NCBI GenBank assembly: GCA_051362555.1
Contig: CM120647.1
Span: forward strand, 6,386,001 to 6,450,000
DNA from: Lingula anatina
Taxonomy: Eukaryota; Animalia; Brachiopoda
Length of the DNA: 64,000 nucleotides
Reading direction: 5' to 3'
Every line of letters begins with the position of its first letter. Position 1 is the stretch's first letter. The translations under genes and the position numbers were made by a program. Under the pieces are notes generated by a model that saw only the letters and a list, made by a program, of their open reading frames with translations, did not search any database and was not told the origin of the DNA. Positions 1-13,022 of this stretch are shown one piece after another.

Positions 1-1
1 C

Positions 2-3000
2 TATGCACATCTCGTTGCCTTCCGCGCGCGCTACCACCTCGTTGAGAAGGACCACGATAGGTGAGTTAGTTGTGCACGGGAGTTCTTGAAGAAAGTTCAG
101 TGAACGAGACGAAGTTCTTATCAGTTTATCATGTAATTTGTCGTTCTCTTTCACTTTGAAGCAGAAGAGTTATTGCAATCCCTTTTTTAATTCTGTTGTA
201 TTATATTGTTACTCCAAGGGGGTAGGGGTGAAGGGTGAAGGGAGGGGGCAGCAGAGATGAAAGAGAGATTACAGATCTAAATGGGAATTTGCAATTAAAA
301 TATGGCTTCTTCAAGCTGGGACTGAGACTATTTTTTGATAAATTGATTTGAACATTTTTTTTTTTTTTTTTACTTTTTTCTTAATAGGAAGATTGAGAAA
401 TGAGAGAAATTGAATGTGTTAGGCATTGATTTTACTTACTGAAAAGATGCGTACAACTTTGGCAGAATGTTGTGTTGGTGAAGATATTGATAAAAATAGT
501 AATAAAAATGATCAGTAATACATATTAGGATAATACATATATAATGAAAGGCATGAGATTTTTGTATATCTCTTATTATGTTGCTATTTAGAGAGTACAC
601 GTATATATATATATATATATATATATATCGAGGTTTATGAATTACATAATAATTAAAGGAAAAACGGGGAGTTTATGGCACGCACGTGGTGTTATTAGGG
701 TGATGACGGACTCTGTTGAGCTCTTGAACCCCTTGGTGTTTTGCAACGCCCTCTTTGAATGTGTCACCCCTACCCCTCCATTTCATACTAGTTTTAAGGC
801 AAGTTCACGGGCTGAGCCAAGCAGACTGAACATATAATATAGTATGATGTCAGTATTTGGCCTTCTGTGTTTGAAGCTCGGTATTGAGCAATGTGGCTGT
901 CTGTATGCATCTGATGGTTTTGATTTATGGTCTAGATTGGTCTGGCCGTGAACTTGCTCTGGTACATGTGAACAAATGGAAAAAAAAAAGTCATTAGATT
1001 TTTTATTGAAAATGATCTCAAGTCTAAGAAACTACCCATTAATTTTTTTTTTTTTTTTTTTGATAAGTATTTGATGCCATCCATGTTTTACCACATTGTT
1101 TTAGATTGAGAGACACTGATCACTTTCTTTTGTCCGTCTTTTGATGTAAATTTAATAGTATTATCCAAAATATTTTGTTTAATTTTAATTTATTTATGTT
1201 ACATGTATCAGTGAAATTAGTGATTGGAGTTGTGTTTCAAGTCAAGTTGGTTCTGCCTAACTTGCTGCAATCCACTGCAGCAGGCTTTTTGATTGTGGTG
1301 ACTTCTCAGAAAGCCTTTGCAATGGCGGATACTGTAATACCATGATGGCGGCACTAGGTGGGACATTGGAGGGATTAGATGTGCTGCCTCTAGGGGGTTT
1401 ATCAGTTAGAATATTAAGCATAATGGTGGCAGCGGGTGGGATGACAGGGATTGGATTGGCGGGCTATGGTGGGTTAATCATAATAAGATACATGAGACAG
1501 TAAAACAATGGTAGAGGCGGGTGGGATGTCTGGGATTAGAGAGGCGGCCTGTGGTGGGTTAATCATAATCAAATATATTAGACAGTAAAACATAATGGTG
1601 GCAGCGGGCAGGATGACTGGGATTAGATGCGCTGCCTGTGATGGGTTTATCAGTTACAATATAAAACAATGGTGGCAACGGGTGGGATGGCAGGGATTAG
1701 ATTGGCGACCTATGGTGGGTTAATCATAATAAGATATATTAGACAGTAAAACATTATGGTGGCAGCGGGTGGGATGATGGGGATTAGATTGTCTGCCTAT
1801 GATGAGTTAATCATAATCAGACTTCTTGACTTGAAACACGACTAAATGAACAAGTGGCATTTTAAGAAAGTGAATCTTGCCTTTAATTGCTACATTGTCA
1901 ACAAAAACATACATAAACATTATCATTATTGATAAAAAAGTGAATAATTTCAACAGGCTAAACATAATTTTTACTTGTGGGGCATGACATTTAGTCTGTT
2001 TAGAAATTATTTACTTTTTTAATCTTCATTACACTAGACCTACATCGCCATATTATCATTATTGTCACATATTGAATCATTTCATTGATACATCAATGTC
2101 ATTGTTGCTGAAGCCTTGTTCTGTTGTTTTCTTTTCCCTATAAAGCGACCCTGCCACCTCAAGCAGTTACACGTAAGTACTAATTTTCATGACACTAAAC
2201 AACAGCCAAGAAAAAAAGTTTTTGTTTATGATTCCAAATACACTGAGAGGCATTTGTGTGTAATGTGTTAAAAAAGGGGAGAGGCTAGGCAAATTTCTAA
2301 TAATTTGTTTATATCCGTTTTACTAATTGTGGAAAGAAATTCATGAGAGTGGTATGATCAGTTGATACCACTCTAGATTTATAAAACTTTTAAAAAAATT
2401 ATTCTAGATTAACCACAAAACTTAACATCAGAAATATCCAATCCTGATTTTTGCAGAAAATATTTTGATAAATGCTAGTTTTTTTTTTTAGAATTTAAAG
2501 AAAAAGGGGTGTTTAATGGGTATTTATGGTATTTGACCAACAGGCCTCTGTCTCGCAGTATCTTGGAATCTTTTATGTGGTTTGTTTTCCTTCATACTTA
2601 ATCCTTCCACTGCCAGACGTTCAATTTCACTGGGTGTGGTGGATGAAGGGTTAAGTAAACCCCTCTTCTTCGAGTTCTGATGCAAACTTGTGTGACTATC
2701 TTAATCAGCCTGACCTTGAGTAATGTTGTGTTGTTGGAGTCTACACTTATAAAAAAAAGGCACTTTGCTAGTTTGACCCTTCTGTGGTATTTATCACCTA
2801 CCGTTCGATTTAATCCTACTGAAATTATTTTAGAGCTAACTCGATCCCATTTATGACCAACATGAATTTTTTAAAGGCATAGTGCTAATGGAAAGCCAGC
2901 TTGGAACCTGTTTGCATGTCTTCCCCACATATAAGACTCCCCCCATCCCCACCCCCCACCCCCCCCCACCCCCACCCCCCCAACCCATATAACACCCACC

Positions 3001-6000
3001 CTAATACAGTCCCATTTAAGACCTTATTTAATCCCATTTCAATATTCTCTCCATACAATTTAAGCCCTGCTACATCCATTTAAGACCAGTTATAAATATT
3101 TAAGTCCTGCTTTATCCATTTAAGACCAGTCGTGTACATTTAGGGACTGTTCACATGGAAAGTCTCTTTTCTAAAAATCTATTTTCTATTTGCGGTATCT
3201 TGTGATCACAGTCTGTGCCCTGAATATCCCGCAGCCAGTTACAGAATCTCCTCCGAGCGCAGCGGAGAATTAATTACAGCTTTGGAAGTAACTGGCTCGT
3301 GCTGCCCGTAATTACGCCGCGGGATATTCAGGGCACAGACCGTGATCACAAGATACCGCAAATAGATTTTTCGATTTTTCGATAATAGATTTTTCATGTG
3401 AACGCAGCCTAAGCCCTGCATTTTATGTGAAAGACCAGGTATGTCAATTTCAGCCCTGCTTTATATATTTAAAACCAGTTATGTCCAATTGACCCCTTCT
3501 TTATTCATTTACAACCAATTATATCCATTTGTGAAGAAAAGGCTTATCCAGTAAAAAAGTTCGAATTCACCCACATATGGAGTGATCAAACCATCATTCC
3601 ATCAAGGCTTGGGATCAGGTGCCTATTAAAACCAAAAATACTTAGCCTCCTAAAATTGGATAGCCAGTGACACTTGGTCCACTTTGCAATGAGATAGCTT
3701 TTGAGAGAGGTTGGCCCACAACAAGTCTTTTACCTCTGCGTCAATCACAATTTGCTTAAGAGCTTAGTTAAAAGTCAAAAGAAAAAAAAAATCAACATTT
3801 GAGATTAATGGTAAAAGGCAACATAGTTCCTTCAGTCTTAGATGATAGATTTTAGCCTTAAAACTGACGTTGGACTTTTGTAACATGAGTCCCTGACAGG
3901 AGCGGATCCAGAGCTATTTACTGACAGTCTTCCAAATTATCTTTGTTGATTCATCTTCCAATTTTGACCGTCTTCCAACAGAAAAAAATAGATATCGTCA
4001 ATGTAAACTTGAAAATCCGACCGTCTTCCGGAAGACCCAGAAGACGGCCTAAATCCGCCCCTGCCTGATGTTGTTCACAGTCTCCTAGGTTATTTCCAAG
4101 TATTTCCAAGTACAGAGAAGGTTCACACATTATATTTGACAACCTTAAGTTTCCAATACCTTGATTTGAAGAAAGACAACTGATTTGGTAGTTATGAATG
4201 CTTTGAAGGACTTTTTTCCCCCCTATCATTTGATGTTTGTTAAATGACTGATAATTTGGCGGAGAAAAAAATGTAGAATTGTCCATGTATAGCCAGTAAT
4301 TGGGTTTAAAATTTAAATAGGATTCATCTAGATTTGTCTGTATTTAATTACCCTACATTTCAAATGAAAACTCGTAGAAAATGCGGAAAAAATTTTGTGA
4401 GCCTTGTCTGTACAATATCGCAAAGTCAGACGACAATGGTCAAGAGCTCAAGAGAGTTTCGTGAACATGTTTTACAAAGTTTTAGACCAGAATGTTGCTA
4501 TAGTTACAATCATGTGACATATGTTGTCATAGTAACATGATGAACAATCAGCCAATAGAAGTTGCTCAGTATACTGGAAGGTAGAGGATTCTGTTGAGAC
4601 AATCCTCTTTTAATTTGAAGATCAGTATGTGATTGCTGGGAGGGGAAAAAAGGGGGGGGGGATACTGGAAGGTAGAGGATTCTGTTGAGACAATCCTCTT
4701 TTAATTTGAAGATCAGTATGTGATTGCTGGGAGGGGAAAAAATGGGGGGGGGGGATACTGGAAGGTAGAGGATTCTGTTGAGACAATCCTCTTTTAATTT
4801 CAAGATCAGTATGTGATTGCTGGGAGGGGAAGAATGGGGGGGGGGGGATACTGGAAGGTAGAGGATTCTGTTGAGACAATCCTCTTTTAATTTGAAGATC
4901 AGTATGTGATTGCTGGGAGGGGAAAAAAATGGGGGGGGGGTATACTGGAAGGTAGAGGATTCTGTTGAGACAATCCTCTTTTAATTTGGTGATCAGTATG
5001 TGATTGCTGGGAGGGGAAAAAAAGGGGGGGGGGTATACTGGAAGGTAGAGGATTCTGTTGAGACAATCCTCTTTTAATTTGAAGATCAGTATGTGATTGC
5101 TGGGAGGGGAAAAAAATGGGGGGGGGGGGGATACTGGAAGGTAGAGGATTCTGTTGAGACAATCCTCTTTTAATTTGAAGATCAGTATGTGATTGCTGGG
5201 AGGGGAAAAAAATGGGGGGGGGGATACTGGAAGGTAGAGGATTCTGTTGAGACAATCCTCTTTTAATTTGAAGATCAGTATGTGATTGCTGGGAGGGGAA
5301 AAAAATGGGGGGGGGGGATACTGGAAGGTAGAGGATTCTGTTGAGACAATCCTCTTTTAATTTGAAGATCAGTATGTGATTGCTGGGAGGGGAAAAAAAT
5401 GGGGGGGGGGATACTGGAAGGTAGAGGATTCTGTTGAGACAATCCTCTTTTAATTTGAAGATCAGTATGTGATTGCTGGGAGGGGAAGAATGGGGGGGGG
5501 GGTATACTGGAAGGTAGAGGATTCTGTTGAGACAATCCTCTTTTAATTTGAAGATCAGTATGTGATTGCTGGGAGGGGAAGAATGGGGGGGGGTATACTG
5601 GAAGGTAGAGGATTCTGTTGAGACAATCCTCTTTTAATTTGAAGATCAGTATGTGATTGCTGGGAGGGGAAAAAAAGGGGGGGGGGATACTGGAAGGTAG
5701 AGGATTCTGTTGAGACAATCCTCTTTTAATTTCAAGATCAGTATGTGGTTCCATTACATTGTTAAACATATACTGTTATTGAAAGGGAGGGTAATAAAAA
5801 CTGAGCATTTTACAGTGCATAGTTTTCAAATTGTTCTTGTAATGTATATGACTGTATGTATATAAACGCCTTAGTATAGATGTGCATTGTCTGAATTTAA
5901 TTGTTAAGGTCCAAAAAAAAAAATTCACAAGACTGCTACAAAAATGTCCTTTTTCTTCTAATTTTTCTTAAAAAATGAACTTTTTTCCTATTACAGTGGA

Positions 6001-6105
6001 GAAGGCAGTCACCAGTCCGGCAACAGCGATGATCGCAATCCAACGGTGCTTGCACGTGCAGTCACCGTGCATCCCGACACTATCAAGGTCATGTACTTCG
6101 CATAA
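2..6105 (+). CDS. AGO: Argonaute (miRNA-class AGO), last two coding exons; 5' part lies outside the window
   Basis: Exon <1-60 reads [20 protein letters not shown] followed by a GTGAG donor. Exon 5997-6105 follows a ttacag acceptor and reads (S)GEGSHQSGNSDDRNPTVLARAVTVHPDTIKVMYFA*. This matches the PIWI C-terminus of AGO-clade proteins (human AGO2 ...[30 protein letters not shown]...TMYFA). The His of the DEDH slicer tetrad (YAH) is present. Phase-2 intron 61-5996. Confidence 0.96.
1340..1820. repeat. Diverged minisatellite, about 80-85 bp unit, about 6 copies, in the AGO intron
   Basis: Recurring aatggtggcagcgggtgggatg..gggattaga..gcct.tggtgggttaatcataat..agacagtaaaac. Confidence 0.85.
3143..3409. 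mobile_element. Palindromic MITE, PIF/Harbinger-like
   Basis: Long inverted arms (gttcacatg...ctatttgcggtatcttgtgatcac.gtctgtgccctgaatatcccgc / gcgggatattcagggcacagac.gtgatcacaagataccgcaaatag...catgtgaac), flanked by TTA/TAA. Confidence 0.75.
3897..4063. mobile_element. Small MITE with CAG...CTG termini and 5-bp TSD (cctga)
   Basis: Termini caggagcggatccag / ctaaatccgcccctg; cctga at 3892-3896 and 4064-4068. Confidence 0.7.
4571..5747. repeat. Tandem repeat, about 93-bp unit, 13 copies (last partial), with variable poly-G tract
   Basis: Unit atactggaaggtagaggattctgttgagacaatcctcttttaatttgaagatcagtatgtgattgctgggagggg(a)n(t)(g)n; starts at 4571, 4662, 4755, 4848, 4942, 5035, 5131, 5224, 5318, 5411, 5504, 5595, 5687. 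Confidence 0.97.
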
Positions 6106-9100
6106 AAAAAAAAACGATGTCAATGTTTATCAAGGGAACAGACGAAGCAGCAGACTGTGTATAGTGTTCCTATCCGTGTTATTGGCAGCAGAATCAATGG
6201 GATTTATTTATATCTCGGTAGTCATAGAGACGCTAAAACATATGGAATCCGATCAAGATTCTGATTTTATGAAAACCCAGACTTGCAGTTTTTTTATGAG
6301 ACACTAGACCCATGAGACTGACTGCCTGTAGCAGTGTTTCTTATCGACATAATCTGTTCCAGTAAAACTTCCAAGTTATATCCTTGTTCCGAGGGCTTTA
6401 GACATACAGGTTCCAGGGGAAAACAGATTGAGAGCGCCATCTTTCCAAGACAGACTTTTGGTGTTGCTATAGTTACAATCATGTGACATCTGTTGTCATA
6501 GTAACATGATGAACAATCAGCCAATAGAATTTGCTCAGTATGCAGTGTTTCATAACTGGAGTAAAAATGTGTCATTTCAAAGCAATATTGGTTGGTGTCT
6601 TCCAAGATGGTTTGGGATCAGGCAAAAAGTGGAAGATGTACTTCAAGTTGGACAGAGTTTTAAAACTAGTTAAGGTTGCAAAAGAAGAAGAGGCGGCAAA
6701 GATCAGGGGAAAAACTCGGAGAAGAGCAATATTGGATGGCGTCTTCCAAAAACGTCTTTGAACAGTGGTACTTTTAGCTCAGCTTGAAACAAACAAGCCC
6801 AGCATCGGTTTTGTCATTGTTGCAAAGGCATAGGCACTGGGCCTTACAAAACATCATGGGATTTTTGCTGTCAGACAGCATTGCTGCTCAAACTGGGTAT
6901 TTGGGTATTCAATTAGAAGATTTTGGTGATCCATTTTATGTTGTTTGCTAATTTTATTTTATATTGTGTGGAAATAAGTGCAGTTATTTGATATTGTGTG
7001 TCAAAAAATGAGATGGAATTCATGCAAATGAGGGTGAAGTATTCTGCCTAGAGTCGGCTGACTTTTTAATTTTTTTTTTTTTTTTTGTTCTTGAACTTCA
7101 TCTGCAGAATTTTATAAACAATGAATTCAATATTATAATTAAGTATTTATCAAATTTGCCCTTCACCAGTAAGGAATTTTTTCAAAGATTTATTTTCACA
7201 CAGTTTTTTCATGCAATGATTTGTAAATTTGTGTTAGCAGAAGCTGTATCAGTCAGAATCCCAACTTTTGTTCCATGCATTCATTAAATGGGCGTTTTTT
7301 TTAATCTATCTTGTGAGCTGGAAGTATTTGAAAATCAAATTTTTTACACATCAGCTGTGACTGTATGAACATGTCCAGGTCACATGGGCCTACATTTTCA
7401 AAACATATGCACAAAATCCTCATCTTAAGCACATGACAACTTTCACCTTGACCATGTGGGTCAAGGCCATGACAAGGTCAAGGGCAAACTTGGGCAGCTG
7501 GAACTTGTTGTTTTTAAAGGTGTCAGCTGTTAGAATACTTAACCCATGTCATTCTCCACATGCAACTTTTGACTACTTTGAAATAGGCATGGCTGTTCAA
7601 CTTTCTATGGACTATATGCAAAAACTTTGAAGTATTTATATGCTGTTCATTGCTGTGCCTGGTAAATAACCGCAAAATTGTTGCACAATCATGACTTAAA
7701 ACATATGTCAAAGAGGAGTTTTAATGATATTTTTTAAGAGAGGCAGTGCAACCAAGCAAGATATATGCCGTAACATACAATTTAGTAGAGGTAGCTTGGA
7801 TAGTGCAACTTTTACCCATGCGTGCATTTTGCAGATACTTAGAGTTTTTTTTTTTTTTTTTTGTTTCTTTGTATGAAATGTAGAGCAATGTTTAAGTGAC
7901 TTTTATGTGAATTTTCTTTTGTTGTGATCTTTGCTTTAGATATCACCCCCTATATCTTATTATATTACATATTGTATAAGATGATATAGAAATGAGGCTG
8001 TGAGCATGGATGTCTGCCTTAAAGGGCAACTATAATAACGGCAATTCCTTTAAGAATTTTAAGGCTGTATGTGATGTAGAATCAGCACGTATCGAGCAAT
8101 ACAATGGCTGGAAGAAAATGCAGCTTTTTTTCCCCAATACTTAAGTTAATATTTTATGTATATTTTGTCTGCTTTAGAATTCTTTGTCTAGAATTACAAC
8201 TGTTAAAATGGGCTCTTCTCCAATTTTTATGAAAAATTAAATCGATGATGGGGTTTTCTCATGTTTTAAGAAAATGTATTGGATTTTATTGAATGGTTTG
8301 TATTGTGTAGTGTGCTTTATTATGAACATTTCAGTCAATCATGTTGAATGCCTTTTTTTTTTCACAGGTGAAAAAATGTTTAGTCTAATTAGCATTCAAC
8401 TGTATTTCAAAAAGGAAATGGCACATATGAATATTTTGGTGTTTTTTTTATTGTGACCACAATGTTCAAATAGTGGTAAAATTATAGTTATTTAAGATCA
8501 TATGATTTGCTAGACATTTTGTTATATACTCTACATGGTGTTTTAATGCATTCTTTGTAAATATGAAATATCAGGCTATGAGATGGGAAGAAAAATTAAA
8601 CACGGTTCTGCCACAATGGGAGTCAATGCGGTATATAAGTTATTAGTTAACCTGTTTGCCTAAACAGTATGAGTTTATATTGACCCAGAGATAGGTCTGT
8701 CCCATGAGGCATTGGGCTCTTTCTGAAGATGGACAAGGATGAGATTTTCGGGCTGTCAGCCGTTTTCTGACTTTTTGAGATGTCATTGGCCTAGGCGGCC
8801 CACTGGACCCCATGTCATATTTTTCCAACTTTTTTCCTAAATGACGGTGTCAATATAAACCTGTATTGGGTAAGCAAACCTGGGGCAAGAAATTTATCAT
8901 TCAATGAACAAAAATGCCTGGTAAACTGCTCATCATCATGCCTGACAAAGAATCTGGTTTGGTGCAGAAAAAGAAGCTCCAATTTCCATCAAGATGGGAG
9001 CCTCTGTTTAACATCAGTCAAACTAAATTATGTCACCGAGTTGGTGCCAAAACGAGACAACCGTAAAACAAGGCTCTCTATCTGTGGAGTTAACATGCTG

Positions 9101-10956
9101 ATAATGTAGACAAAAAATAGTCAGTAAATTCATGGACAGGTCTTGTGTCTGGTCTAACCAATCAAATCACATCGGTTTTCATGGCATTGAATCACATGAC
9201 ACTGAATGATAAATATTTATATTATAATCCATATCAGATAGTTAGGGGAGGGGGTACTATATGGGATCTGTACCTTCTGCTAATACCCAAGTGTGCTCGT
9301 GTGTATATATATTAGGACCAATGCATTTAAGTGAAGGGGTCACCCGGAGTGGGCAGGCGGTGTTCAAGAAATCTCAACCTTTTGTCAAATGTTTGTTAAC
9401 CCATACTGGGATGTTTAACCTCTTGCAACCCATTGCGGCTACTGATGTTACAATTATATTGTATGCTGTTTTGAAGTATTTTTTTTTTCTGTAAATGTTT
9501 AGAGTGTTGATATGGGTTGTGAGATGTGGACGGTGTTGTGTCGCAAATTTTTTCCGTTGTTGTGCGTCAGCGGCGTGGAATGATTTGTGGCGTGTTCACT
9601 GTACAGGGACAGACAGTAGACCGGTGGAAATCAAGTCATTTTAAGCCACATAAGATCAGTTGAGTCAAGCAATGAGCTGTCTTGGATCAAAGAAAATTAA
9701 TTTTTTTGGCTTAAAGTTTTGGATAAATATTTTGGAGCTAATTTTTTTTGTCTGATTCTGAAAAAAAAAATTCTCACCTTTGGTCTACTAGTCTTGTCCC
9801 TGGCATCCTTTGGCTGTGACTTGGTGTTAACTCTTCCAAGGCATGTTTAGACACCCTCTTGGTCCAGTTGTTCCATTTTGGTTCATTTATGGTTTCAGAC
9901 TTGTATCTAAATTGTGTTCCATTTTGGTTCGTTTACGGGTTCAAAGCTGTGTCTAAATGTGCCTTGTCTCTGTTCCAGATCTCATTTAGGTTGACGTGCC
10001 ACTTCCGTTGCCTTCAAGTGCCCAAAATGTTTTAACTTGATAGGTGCAGCAAACTTGAAATAAATGACAATGATATTTAGCTCAGTGATATTTGTACTAA
10101 TTTAATGATTTTTTTTTTTCTGTGAAAATCTAGGCTCACTTGAGCTAGTGCAAGTTCGCTAAGGACTAAATGTGGATCATTTCCAAAAGGGAATCAAATA
10201 TTTAATTTTGTTTTAAAAAGTTTCTGTAAGGAATGCTTTTAGTCCTTGGACTTGCAGATCACAGCAAAGGTTAGCAAGAAAGACTCAATAGATGTTGCGC
10301 AGCCAGTAATTTTGTTTGTTACAACTTTTGTGATTGGCTGTTGTTTTTTTGTTTTTTTTTTCGAGTTCTGCTTGTGGTGGAACATCCATGACATTTTGAG
10401 ATCAAAATCCAGACATTTGGTGTTGGAACATGCTCCCTGGTCCTCCCAATGTAGCGCTATCCATCTTTTGTCATCTTAGACAACCTTAAAATAGTTAAAA
10501 TAAAGAATGTTGTAAGATTGTAGAAGTATATAGGGATTCCAGTTTTTAAACTCTATTGGTATTACTTGAAAGTCAGTTAAATACCTTGCAGAAAATTCCA
10601 CCTAATTTAAACTTAGTCCTGTATAGTTAATTCTTCAATACATTAATATTCTGTTGTGTCCACTCAAGAAAATTAAATAATCAGTGCTGTGAAGCAAAAA
10701 TATTTCTTTGGAAAGAATATTATTTGAGATTGGGGAGGGGGGGAGGTCTGGCCTGTTTCTGTATCCTCCTAGAAATGCATCAGATGTCTTATCTAGGGAC
10801 CATTTTTGCAATTGGTAAAAAAAGAAAAAATAAAAAAATAAAAAATGGTGCCATTAACCATTTCAAATATTTTAGACCTTGATGCCAAGAGCTGATCTCA
10901 TATGGCAAATGTACTAATGCAAAATATGAATAAAAGCTAGTGTAATCCCTCACTAT

Positions 10957-11154
10957 TCCCCTTTACACTGGACGGTGTCCTTTCTGCATGAAACTGGCAT
11001 CGCTGTGGTTGAAGAAATGGGGGAACAAACATCGCTTTGGATGCAAAATAAATGCTCAATGATTTGCCAGTTGCCAGCATGTAAAGTTTTTTTATACTCT
11101 CACATGGGGCAGTACAACAGAATACAAAAAGAACGCCGTCAAGTGTAAAGGGGG
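10957..11154. mobile_element. MITE-like element with terminal inverted repeats
   Basis: ccctttacactggacggtgtcctt ... aagaacgccgtcaagtgtaaaggg. Confidence 0.6.
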
Positions 11155-12837
11155 TTTTAACGAGGTTATAATAACGTTGTTGCTAGGGCCTTCCAGATTT
11201 CTATGCATGTAATTCTATGGTGCAAGAAACTGAGATCAGTCATACTCGCCTGATTAACAAGCAATATCGCCATTATTTTTGTAGTCCCAATATTCAAATG
11301 GTATAATATGAAGGCTGGGTATGGGAGACTTTACTCCTAGGTTAGTTTTACCAGGTAGATATTATGCATGGCTTTTTATGGCCTGTCTAGTAATTTTCAA
11401 GGTTCTTATTCCTGTCCTTCCTTAATGACTGTCTCTATCAAACTTAAAAATTTTTAACAACTACTGGCAATTTCATGCAACTTTTGAGTACCTTCAAAAG
11501 TGATAATCTTTAGATGTGAAAGATATTTTTGACTTGCACAAAAAATGGCTGTTGACGGACTTTTTTTTTTTTGTTATTTAATGGGACATCAGATAATTTT
11601 CTTGCCAGTTTTCCAACTAAAGCTGCCCCAAGATCCCCCAAGGCTAAAAGCCACGCCCATTTTTTACTCCTTTTCTTTTTCTAACAACCCAAAATCATAT
11701 CTGTATTTAGGATTTTGTATCAAATTGCAAATTTTGTATCAAATAATGGGGATTAAGAAAGGACAATAGCATATTTAAAACTTTTAACCCATTTCTGGCT
11801 TTTTTTTAAGGAATATAGTGAGAAATAACTGGATAGCATAACTCTGATCCAGTATATAATATAGATACTGAACACTGGAGTCCAAACTCTGAAATGGCTA
11901 GTTAACTTGTAGCAACAAAATAGTTTTGAGATTTGCCATCTACATTTAAGGAAGACGCAGGAACACATCCATTGAAAAAAAGGACTTGTAGCAGACATAA
12001 AAATCGCCTCCCCGTCTTGACATTTACCATGCGGTTTTTACGGCAACTGTATCCAAAAATAGTCTGAGTGGCACCCCTTTCAGGCATTACCAGTTGCGCC
12101 CCCTTTCAGGCGGTACCAGTGGCGTCCCCTACAGGTAGGGCATATGGCATGATCCCTGCCTGCCATGCTCTTGGTTTGTCACTGGGATGACGAGACTAGC
12201 GTAGAACTCCTGTGTTTCTATTGGCCAACAAATTGAGATGCTCACCCTTGAAAAATTAGGCTCATTTTTCTCACCTGAGTGGTACACTTCACTGAGCACA
12301 TCCATTTTGACTGGTCCACACATGTTATTAAGCTACAGGGAGGTTTGACTCCCTACCAAAAGTTCGGGGGAATTCCCATGAACCCATTGTACTAGCTTTA
12401 GTGATCTAAATCTATGGGGATTCTTGCTAAATTGCGTCCATTGTAAGTGGCTTAAATATCTGGTACGCTTATTCTAACTGTTAGGGGATAATTAACGACA
12501 GCCAACTACCCCCAAGTTACTCAAGAGGGAATGCCAGACAATTAAGGTGATCACACTGAGAGCACTTTAGCAAGAAGCCCAGCAGAGTTAGATTGATCCT
12601 GGTAGTACAATGGGTTTGTGGAAACGCAGTCTAAATAGAGCTCCATCGCAGAAGCTCTGTTCAGTTGACTAAATTTGTTTTAGGCAGATATGAATTTGTT
12701 GGCCTCTCAAAGTGAACCGGTCCAGTGAAGTGTTCGTCTCGATGTGAAAAGGGGGTCTAAGATTGCTATGCAACATGATGCGTAATGGTGCCAGCTTTAC
12801 ATTTGTGAACTTCCTTTTCACCCGTGTGTGTGTCCAT

Positions 12838-13022
12838 GAGCGCATTCAGAACATTAGAATTACCAATCTGTGGATCAAATATGGCAACCCACTATTAAGC
12901 TTACCGCGTAATTCCTGATTAGGCACTGAATAGATTCCCTGCGGGGATTACGTAAAAAGCATTCAAGTGGGTCGGACATATTTGATCCGCGGATCTGTTA
13001 GTTCGCTGTTCTGAATGCACTC
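12838..13022. mobile_element. Palindromic MITE, family C (related copies at about 19735-19895 and 47541-47753)
   Basis: gcattcagaac..ggatcaaatatgg..acccact ... aagtgggtc..catatttgatcc..gttctgaatgc; the same motifs recur at the other two loci. Confidence 0.7.

Noticed and set aside
4571-5747. CRISPR-like look (palindromic repeat at regular spacing)
   Set aside because: The intervening parts are not unique spacers, there are no cas genes, and the context is a eukaryotic intron.
4510-5769. Repetitive Pro/Gln/Ser-rich ORFs on the minus strand
   Set aside because: Translations of the 93-bp tandem repeat; variable homopolymers shift the frame between units.
6106-6264. Open frame of 52 codons after the AGO stop (AGO1x-like readthrough)
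   Set aside because: The stop is TAA-A, a non-leaky context, and the extension begins in a poly-A run; there is no conservation evidence.
5975-6307. 110-aa ORF overlapping the AGO last exon
   Set aside because: Wrong frame; the real exon is 5997-6105.
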